IMG/VR virus record: IMGVR_UViG_3300025174_000005
Length of the DNA stretch: 64,000 nucleotides
From: a virus
Strand: one strand, 5' to 3'
The position numbers and the translations under genes are program-made. Every line of letters begins with the position of its first letter. Position 1 is the stretch's first letter. The notes below the pieces were generated by a model that worked only from the letters and a program-made list of their open reading frames with translations, had not been told where the DNA came from and did no database searches. Below are positions 56,683 through 64,000 of this stretch, one piece after another.

Positions 56683-57495
56683 TTAAGTTACGTTAATAGT
56701 CCCAGGTATTAAAAGTTCATCCTCATTAGGGATGTAATCTCTAAATAAAACCAGGTCTTCGTTAATACGCATCTCTGTTATATTAATATCTAGAATATCA
56801 GAAGAAGTATTGAGTGAAATACTAATAAGCTGATCAAAAATAATTGTATCGCCAAGAGATAGTGTATCTATGTAATTAATAATATTTAATTTAACAGCTT
56901 CTCTTAATGCTGGTCTACTTGCAAGATTAGTGTCTTTTCTAAACAATACTTGTAGGTTAATGTCTACTGCCATCTCTATGGGCTTAGTAGCTATGCCATA
57001 TACACCAAGAGCCTTATGTTCATCTATAACCTGTTGAGTATTGGCTAGTTCCATATCAGATAATGGACCTGTTTCTGGCAGCACAAATACCTGAAAGCTT
57101 CCAATACCAAATGTGAAATCTCTTACGATAGCATCTCTGATATTATCCAAAACAAGTATTTGTAATCTTATGGCTGTAGCATTAGTATCAGCGAGTTCAA
57201 GTACTTGGTTGGTAATTCTAAATCTGAAGTTATCATCACGCTCGTTAGGCATACGCTTGATAGCAAATAAGTCACCTAGACCATCTAAGAATACACCCTC
57301 AGCTCTAGATATTAGACTTTGTGCTAAGCCTATATCAAAATCTGTATATAGTTGTCCAAGAGTAGTATTAATACTGCGAAGTATCTCTCTAACAAATGTA
57401 CCTCGTGTATTTATTTTCTGTAGATCAGTGTTTGCGATTATGCGAGCTATTGCATTAGCATCTAATTCTTCTACGCTTCTTCTGATTATAGCCAT
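56683..57495 (-). CDS. Baseplate J/gp6-like protein
   Basis: A.G.FLD.LG.LF...R...E.DD.FR.RI; AIR...L; C-terminal wedge-like region. Confidence 0.8.
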   Translation of the reverse strand: MAIIRRSVEELDANAIARIIANTDLQKINTRGTFVREILRSINTTLGQLYTDFDIGLAQSLISRAEGVFLDGLGDLFAIKRMPNERDDNFRFRITNQVLELADTNATAIRLQILVLDNIRDAIVRDFTFGIGSFQVFVLPETGPLSDMELANTQQVIDEHKALGVYGIATKPIEMAVDINLQVLFRKDTNLASRPALREAVKLNIINYIDTLSLGDTIIFDQLISISLNTSSDILDINITEMRINEDLVLFRDYIPNEDELLIPGTINVT

Positions 57496-57920
57496 TAGAC
57501 TACGTCCTCTCCCACTGGCTTAAAGCTTATACCTGTATTAAGATCAACAACAGCTACTACTGTTACTGTATTTTCAAATAGATCTGATACACTAGTTAGT
57601 AAATAAAATGCTAATGTATTGGGTGTTAGAGGTACTGGTTCGATACGTAAATCAGATGGATTAACTAGATTATCAAATGACATTGCTTGGGTAAGGAGTT
57701 CTACTCCTTCCATACCCGTCTCAGCACTATTGTGTTTGCCCATAAGACTTTCTAAATTAGAACCTAGCGTAGGATAAAATTTATAATCACCCTTATTAGC
57801 TAAAGCACGAAGGGTCATGTTTTGTTTGAGAGCTGCTTCAGGAGGGGCAAGAACAAAGTCACCATCCTGAACAACAAAGTCAAAGTCATCTGTTAGAAGT
57901 AGGTCTTGGACATTTATCAT
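57495..57920 (-). CDS. Baseplate wedge gp25/W-like protein
   Basis: DL.L..D.D....GD......L.Q....R....GD..F.P.LGS.L..L.G. Confidence 0.8.
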   Translation of the reverse strand: MINVQDLLLTDDFDFVVQDGDFVLAPPEAALKQNMTLRALANKGDYKFYPTLGSNLESLMGKHNSAETGMEGVELLTQAMSFDNLVNPSDLRIEPVPLTPNTLAFYLLTSVSDLFENTVTVVAVVDLNTGISFKPVGEDVV

Positions 57921-57943
57921 CGGAGTTCTCCATAAATAATAGC

Positions 57944-58780
57944 TTATTTACCGAATATTTTCAACGGATTAAAGGGTATACTTGGAAGGGGAATTCCTCC
58001 ACCACCTATACCAGGGATGCCTATCTTACCTAAACTACCTAATGATTGTTGTAGAGTATTAGTAATATTAGATAGGGGGTTAGCCTTCATTAGACCACCA
58101 AAGCTACCCAGGATGTTAGTGGGTAAGACATTACTCAATGATTTCATTAAGCTACTAGAGAAGAGATTAGTTGTCCCTCCTCCTATAAAAGGAACAATAC
58201 TGTTTACATTAAATCCAGGGAAAGGTAACTTAATACCAAGTATTTTTTCAAATGCTCCTGAGCCATTAAACATGGACTGCATATTTTGTACAAACTGAGG
58301 AGCTGCGTCCAAGAACTTAAATGGTCCACCACTAGGACTCTCTGTTGCGATAGCTGGATTAACATATTTAAAGTTCCACAGGAAACCCTTGGGATCTGTA
58401 ATTAAATGGAACTTATGATGCAGATGTATACCTAAATCTGCCATCTCTAGTAGAGATGTGGGTCGTTTGCTGTCAACCTTAATACCAGTAACTGGATCCA
58501 CATATATATCAGCAATAGACTTTTTGTTTGCATGCTGATGGAGTCTAAAGACGGAGCCACTGTCTTCATCAAGTACACCAACATCATCTCTGTTAAATTG
58601 TTCAATCTCAGATGGATCAGTACTATTGACGTACCATAGCTTTTCAAGAGCAAGTTTCTTTTCGTAATCTAATCCTTCAGATTTAGATATCTGATCTAAA
58701 ACATTAGTAATGCGAGCTTTGTCTTGAGCTAACTGTTGTTGTTCTTCCTGTAGGCTTTGAGTAGCTTTAGAATCCGCCAT
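57944..58780 (-). CDS. Baseplate-region protein with Gly/Pro-rich amphipathic C-terminus
   Basis: Between spike-like and gp25-like genes; ...IGIPGIGGGG... Confidence 0.6.
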   Translation of the reverse strand: MADSKATQSLQEEQQQLAQDKARITNVLDQISKSEGLDYEKKLALEKLWYVNSTDPSEIEQFNRDDVGVLDEDSGSVFRLHQHANKKSIADIYVDPVTGIKVDSKRPTSLLEMADLGIHLHHKFHLITDPKGFLWNFKYVNPAIATESPSGGPFKFLDAAPQFVQNMQSMFNGSGAFEKILGIKLPFPGFNVNSIVPFIGGGTTNLFSSSLMKSLSNVLPTNILGSFGGLMKANPLSNITNTLQQSLGSLGKIGIPGIGGGGIPLPSIPFNPLKIFGK

Positions 58781-59156
58781 TTAGATTACTGCCTCCAGCT
58801 ATGTCTATAAGTGGTTCAGTAACTGCGCCATGAGCTTTCTGCTGGGCGTTTACTGGATTCTCTGGTAACATCTTATGTGGTAGGTTAATAGATGTAATTC
58901 TAGCTGCTGTCGCATTACCACCCTCAAATGTAATTGTAACAGGTGTACCTATAGTTGGCAACTTATGCATCATACCGCGGTCAAAGACCGTATATGGTAA
59001 TGGTGATTCATGTTCTATGGCAGAACCTGGAATTCTGTATTTAACCATAAAGTAGCCGTTGGTATACTTTGATGTTATATAACCAACAGTAGTAGGTGGT
59101 TTATTAGTAATCTGTTCTGATATTAATGAGTTTAGGGCTTGCTGTATTTTATTCAT
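58767..59156 (-). CDS. Baseplate spike/OB-fold-like protein
   Basis: G.I.......VKY..P ... LPTIGTPVTITFEGGN...ARI, and position right after the hub. Confidence 0.55.
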   Translation of the reverse strand: MNKIQQALNSLISEQITNKPPTTVGYITSKYTNGYFMVKYRIPGSAIEHESPLPYTVFDRGMMHKLPTIGTPVTITFEGGNATAARITSINLPHKMLPENPVNAQQKAHGAVTEPLIDIAGGSNLNGGF

Positions 59157-59173
59157 AAATTAATATTAAACAA

Positions 59174-62100
59174 CTAACATATTCCAAAAGTACTACACGG
59201 ATCTACGGTATCTCCACTAAGTCCACTTAATACTTTGTTTGGTCCTAATGCGGCTTCAAAATGAAGATGTGGTTGACCAGGTGCTCCTGATACCCCTGAG
59301 CGAGCTACTACTTGTCCTTTGATAATACGTACTTTTTCACCGCGTCTAATGCGAGCCATAGTGGTTGGATCAAATTCGTAGTTCTGTAAGTGAGCATATC
59401 CAGCAGCAGTGCCATCATCATGATTAATAGCTAACCAGTTTCCATATCCCCTACCACTAGAACCTATCTGAGTACCTAGGGCTTCTACATATCCATCTGA
59501 AATTGCACGTATAGCTGAGCCCTCAGGAACACCTATGTCTATGCCTTGATGAATATGATCTCCTCGGTTAACACCGAAGGAGCTAGTGGTGGGTCCATTG
59601 CCTGGACGCACATACTGACCAGACTTAACGGGTACGGGTTTAGACGTATCAGCGGGTTGTTTAGATGTAGATGGAGGCAATGATTTAGTACCTCCTCGCG
59701 CACCCTGAGGAGCCAACTCCTCATTATTGGTATTGGGTTGTTTACCCTTATACTCATCCTCAGCTTGCTTACCAGCTTCTCTTATTTGTTTTATTTGTTG
59801 AGTAAAGTCATCACTAGATGCATTAGGTATATCATCTCCACCAAGGGTAACTACGGTACCCTGTCTATGACCTGCTATACCTGCAGTATATTCTCTACCT
59901 CTAAAGTTAAGAGGTGCTATAATAAGTGAATATTTACTAGATTGCCAGTATTCTATTGATAAGAATATACGATCAACTACTAGCCATACTAGTATATCTA
60001 GTACTAGAGATACTGCGAATTGTACAGCTGCCACAGGAGCACCAACACCCGTAGCTGCTTCACCTACTGCCGTAGCCTTAAGAACCACACTGCCTGCTTT
60101 AATTAGCTGTATAATGTTTTTGCCCGCACTAGTTGTTGTCTTACCAGCTTTGATCATCTTACCAAGTGTATTTAGACGCTTGGCTCTAGCAATAATGTGT
60201 ATCATGCCTTTGATTTTATTTAGGGCATCGCCGCCAGATTTAGAAAATTTATTAATAAGATCTTTGCCTTTAGATAAGGTAGATGTAGTAGGATTTTCAA
60301 AACCGTCAACAATGGCTGTTGCTTGAGCTGAGTTAGCAGTTTGGAATAGTTGTTTTGTTTTATTTAATGTATTGCCTGCCTTCAATAAGGTATTTTTGAG
60401 TTTAGCAGCACTATGTGCTAACCATGTAGTAACCGCATTTCTTACAACAACAGTAGCACCTATGGCTGCTATGCCCACTAAATAGTTAGCCCATAACCTA
60501 TCACCTTTTACAGCACAGGCTATATCAGGCGTAATATCTGTAACAAATCCCGTATCAAATCCAAAGTGGTGAGTAACTGCTTTTATATCAGCAACACCAT
60601 TCATCTCTACATATGAATCGGCTAAGTAGAATTTATCACATGGGAACGCCCACGGTGTACCCATAACTAATAGGCTTCCTTGATACATCTCTCTTGCAGA
60701 ATCACGAAGTAATGATCTAGTTATCTTGATAGCTTGTCTATGTGCAGAACTGAGTGGCCAACCATTAATGGTATTGTTAATTAAATCTTTAATTCCACCC
60801 CATATACCAGCTGTAAGAAAGTTTAAAAACAAATTAGGTATACCAAATCCAGCATGATCCCAAGGGTCACTAAACTTAGTAGCTAAGAATCTAGTATCAA
60901 CTACTTGGTTCTTGCGATATTGAGGGAAGATGGCGCTATCTATTACTTGAGGTTCTATTTTAGGTTCACTGTCAGATACATACCATACAGCGTGCATATC
61001 TGTATAAACAAGATCATTATTAACTTGTATGTCATTAGCTATAATATTACCCGAGGTAAATATATGAGCTTGAGAAAAGGTTTTGATTTTATATGCTACA
61101 GGTAGCCCAAAACGAGGGTCATTGATGTAAGCAGGATTAGGGTCGGTATTAGATACAGTTGTGCTTCCTGGAGCAGTTTGAGCATTCTGAGCTAGTGTTT
61201 GGTTAAGCTCTCTACCGCGAGCTATAAGTGATTGCTCCATTAATACTTTTTCTAGTTGTGCACGGACTTCATCTGTATTGGGATGATCAATATTACCGTT
61301 AAATATGGGTTTATATTTTTGATTTGTTAATTGTTGTAATTCTACTTCCTTTAGGATAATATCATTAGCAAGTAATGTCATTGCAACATCTGAAATAAGT
61401 ATGTTTTGAGTGGATTGAATCATACGTAGTGAATTGAGGATGGTCCGAGTTAAATCTTTAATTCTTTGAATATCTTTAACACCTACTTGACTAGTAGATG
61501 TTTGGGTTACATTTATATTGTGTTCTTTATTATTTTGTATGTCCTTAGAGCTAACTCTATGATATGCATACCTAAAGTCATAGTATCCTTCTCCAAAGAA
61601 AAGGGTTGATCTATATTCAAATGGACGTACTTGTAAGTAAAAGTTGGGGCTTGTTTGCATACACAGGGTCATAACATCCCATGGGTTCTTATTGAATATA
61701 AACATATTAAGTTTATGGCCACCTGAACGAAGGAAGTCCTCCTGTGTAGGTGTATCTTCCTTCTTAGCTAATCTGGCTACATCAGCTGGTGAATATATAT
61801 TCTCGCCTATTTCACCATAAAAGGCTTTAGGATCTGTGGATGCTAAGTAGAAACCCCTTAGGGGTTCTATTAAATCCATAGTTGTCCTTCCGAAAAAAGT
61901 TAAATTATCAAAGTTAATAGCTACACTTGCTAATATTAGTTGATCTGGTAATGGTATTCCTTTAGCATTTATTCTTTCTAGTGTTTCTTGCATGGATTGC
62001 ACTAAAAATCGTTTATTGCTATTTACTTGAGCTTTCATGGCATTCATTATTGGTTCTGGATATACGGGCCTACCGAAATGTACAACTTTCCAGCCCTTCC

Positions 62101-63994
62101 CTATTAGGGACATTGATTGACCAGCTGTTGATTTGCTGAGTGCGTCTTTTAAGTGTACCCAGAAATCTCCCATAAGAGTTTCAGCCATGTCACTTTCATC
62201 TTCAGCACTAGCTGCTCCATAGGGCATCATCATATTAACCATGAGATCTCTATGTTCATATAGCTGTATGTCTTTAATTTTGGCATTAGGCTTAGCAACG
62301 GGGAATATATTCATTAATTCTCTACCATCACCTTCGGCTATAACCTCTACTACTTCTCCTACCTCTGTAGCTACTACCGTTCCATTAAACACAACGGGCA
62401 ACCGCAATCCATTGGAACCATATCCCAATCTAAAATGTATGCGTATACCTGGGCGTATTGCTGTTTGCTCCCACTGGCGCGTGCGCTGTTCATTTATGTA
62501 TTCTATTATCTCTCTATTAGGAATAAGATAAGCTAGATATGAAGCGCCCAACCATGCAAAGTAATCACCTATCATAGCAGGGAATCCACCTAATGCATTA
62601 TTGTTTGCTCCAGCATTAGTGGTTTGAAGAACATGTCTACCGTAATCAGCACCTAGATCTTGCCATCCACCCTGTACCATACTGTGGTATGCATTAGCAA
62701 ATGTGAATGTAGCTATATGCACTGGTTCTCGACGATCCATACGGACCGTAGCATCCATAAGAGAATTTAGGCTAGCAAAGATAGGTATGCATTTAAACCA
62801 CCATATCATTGGTCCTTCATCGAGTAACTGAAGAACATATGTAGGGAATGCTAATACCAATCTTCCTGTTTGATCATAGGTTAATAAATCATGGTAAGCA
62901 GCTCTATCTGACTTACCAGGTTTATATCTAGGAACAGGGGCTGTTGCAGCTATAACATCATTTACTGTATTGGATTCTGTATCTGTCTCTGCTAATATCT
63001 GTCTAACAGATCTGTTGGGTATTTCTATTTTCATCTGAGCGGAATTATTATCTCCATGTGTACCACTCTTTGTTTGCACACCACCAGTTAACTGAGCATT
63101 GGCCTTAAATTTACCTGATGCACCAAGAATATTATTAATATATGCTTGAACTGTAGGTTTTTTAAATGCTGCTCCTGATAGTACGTTACCTAGACCATCG
63201 TTATATGCAGCAAGAGCTTGCTGATAGTCTCCCTTAGTTGCTTTAAGTTGTAATCCTAAATACTTAGCCGATAGGCGTATATTGATTTCTGGATCGTAAA
63301 GCTTATTAAGTAATCGCTGGTTGTTGATTTTCCCCGTATTACTAAATGTATTAATTATATTGGGATCACAAGCAGCCTTCTCCTCAGCTCCAAGAAAACC
63401 ACCTAGAGCTCTAGATGCATCACATGCAGCGGCAGGTCCTAGCTGACCCATACCCACATATCCAGTTGGGCTCTTAGCATGAGCCTGAAAATTACTCTCT
63501 GTTCTAAATAATTCTGTTAGTACAACTGGATCTATATTATTTTCTTTAGCAGCAGAAACAATAGTATCTTTTATTTTTGACATTTGTAATTCATCTTGCA
63601 CCGAATTGTTAGCATAAGTATCTATAGCTCTTGATGGTATAGATATATTATTGGTTTTAGATTCTATAGCTACTAGTGTAATAGGAGTTGGTTTAGTTGA
63701 TGCTGGTAAACCTAAAGATGTTTCTATTTTACCTGTTATACTTTGAGGTACTGGTTGTGGCCCTAAAGCTGCTGAATTAAATCTTTCTATTTCATCTAGT
63801 TTAGCTTTAAGATCATCTGCCCTAGCATTAAATATATGCTGCTCAAATTTATCTATACGCTCTCGCTCTTCTTTAGTGGTTGCATTTGCTTTTGCTTCTT
63901 CTAGTATCTTACGAGCTTCAGCATCTGTCTCTTGAACTAGCCTAGCATTCTCACTAACTCCTATTGATGTTGTATCTATAATGGAGTTAACCAT
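59174..63994 (-). CDS. Baseplate hub/tail-associated lysin with SLT and M23 peptidase domains (possibly 5'-truncated by the window edge)
   Basis: SLT: FRTESNF...A.S..G..GMGQL, NIRLSAKYL, ALAAYNDG; hub motif QG.L...G.P...P.D...L.D....G...I..V.H.F....GF.T.I.P; M23: HQGIDIG, YAHL, HLHFE; frame stays open to base 64000. Confidence 0.85.
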   Translation of the reverse strand: MVNSIIDTTSIGVSENARLVQETDAEARKILEEAKANATTKEERERIDKFEQHIFNARADDLKAKLDEIERFNSAALGPQPVPQSITGKIETSLGLPASTKPTPITLVAIESKTNNISIPSRAIDTYANNSVQDELQMSKIKDTIVSAAKENNIDPVVLTELFRTESNFQAHAKSPTGYVGMGQLGPAAACDASRALGGFLGAEEKAACDPNIINTFSNTGKINNQRLLNKLYDPEINIRLSAKYLGLQLKATKGDYQQALAAYNDGLGNVLSGAAFKKPTVQAYINNILGASGKFKANAQLTGGVQTKSGTHGDNNSAQMKIEIPNRSVRQILAETDTESNTVNDVIAATAPVPRYKPGKSDRAAYHDLLTYDQTGRLVLAFPTYVLQLLDEGPMIWWFKCIPIFASLNSLMDATVRMDRREPVHIATFTFANAYHSMVQGGWQDLGADYGRHVLQTTNAGANNNALGGFPAMIGDYFAWLGASYLAYLIPNREIIEYINEQRTRQWEQTAIRPGIRIHFRLGYGSNGLRLPVVFNGTVVATEVGEVVEVIAEGDGRELMNIFPVAKPNAKIKDIQLYEHRDLMVNMMMPYGAASAEDESDMAETLMGDFWVHLKDALSKSTAGQSMSLIGKGWKVVHFGRPVYPEPIMNAMKAQVNSNKRFLVQSMQETLERINAKGIPLPDQLILASVAINFDNLTFFGRTTMDLIEPLRGFYLASTDPKAFYGEIGENIYSPADVARLAKKEDTPTQEDFLRSGGHKLNMFIFNKNPWDVMTLCMQTSPNFYLQVRPFEYRSTLFFGEGYYDFRYAYHRVSSKDIQNNKEHNINVTQTSTSQVGVKDIQRIKDLTRTILNSLRMIQSTQNILISDVAMTLLANDIILKEVELQQLTNQKYKPIFNGNIDHPNTDEVRAQLEKVLMEQSLIARGRELNQTLAQNAQTAPGSTTVSNTDPNPAYINDPRFGLPVAYKIKTFSQAHIFTSGNIIANDIQVNNDLVYTDMHAVWYVSDSEPKIEPQVIDSAIFPQYRKNQVVDTRFLATKFSDPWDHAGFGIPNLFLNFLTAGIWGGIKDLINNTINGWPLSSAHRQAIKITRSLLRDSAREMYQGSLLVMGTPWAFPCDKFYLADSYVEMNGVADIKAVTHHFGFDTGFVTDITPDIACAVKGDRLWANYLVGIAAIGATVVVRNAVTTWLAHSAAKLKNTLLKAGNTLNKTKQLFQTANSAQATAIVDGFENPTTSTLSKGKDLINKFSKSGGDALNKIKGMIHIIARAKRLNTLGKMIKAGKTTTSAGKNIIQLIKAGSVVLKATAVGEAATGVGAPVAAVQFAVSLVLDILVWLVVDRIFLSIEYWQSSKYSLIIAPLNFRGREYTAGIAGHRQGTVVTLGGDDIPNASSDDFTQQIKQIREAGKQAEDEYKGKQPNTNNEELAPQGARGGTKSLPPSTSKQPADTSKPVPVKSGQYVRPGNGPTTSSFGVNRGDHIHQGIDIGVPEGSAIRAISDGYVEALGTQIGSSGRGYGNWLAINHDDGTAAGYAHLQNYEFDPTTMARIRRGEKVRIIKGQVVARSGVSGAPGQPHLHFEAALGPNKVLSGLSGDTVDPCSTFGIC

Positions 63995-64000
63995 TTCATT

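Noticed and set aside
12114-62531. Many short + strand ORFs in the track overlapping - strand genes
   Set aside because: Antisense to well-supported genes, lacking SDs and motifs
1-64000. tRNA/rRNA genes or alternative genetic code
   Set aside because: No cloverleaf or T-arm consensus found in intergenic gaps; standard code gives near-complete coding density with TAA, TAG and TGA all used as stops

Overview
This window is a 64-kb segment of a large, AT-rich, probably contractile-tailed (myovirus-like) bacteriophage or prophage genome, read in the standard genetic code. Bases 1-7225 (+ strand) hold small accessory genes, including a lytic transglycosylase, thyX, an FmdB-type zinc ribbon and a GC-rich insert. 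Everything from 7245 to 64000 is on the - strand. In transcription order (right to left) it contains: (1) a baseplate module: hub/tail-lysin with SLT and M23 domains, spike-like, gp25-like, J-like and wedge proteins, then a family of paralogous discoidin-like virion proteins; (2) a lysis region (holin-like, amidase ... holin-like, membrane-anchored beta-rich protein) split by a ~6.6-kb cluster of six glycosyltransferases plus a polysaccharide pyruvyl transferase, and by an exported serine protease; (3) a replication/recombination operon behind a perfect sigma70 promoter: AEP primase, DnaB-like helicase, two Cas4-like PD-(D/E)xK proteins, RuvC, a sigma-like factor and an MmcB-like nuclease; (4) a fibre/decoration module with three tandem paralogous ~800-aa fibres, ending in a DCC1-like thiol oxidoreductase. 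I found no tRNA, rRNA, CRISPR array, integrase, reverse transcriptase, capsid, terminase or tape-measure gene. All family calls come from motif recognition by eye, not from database searches.
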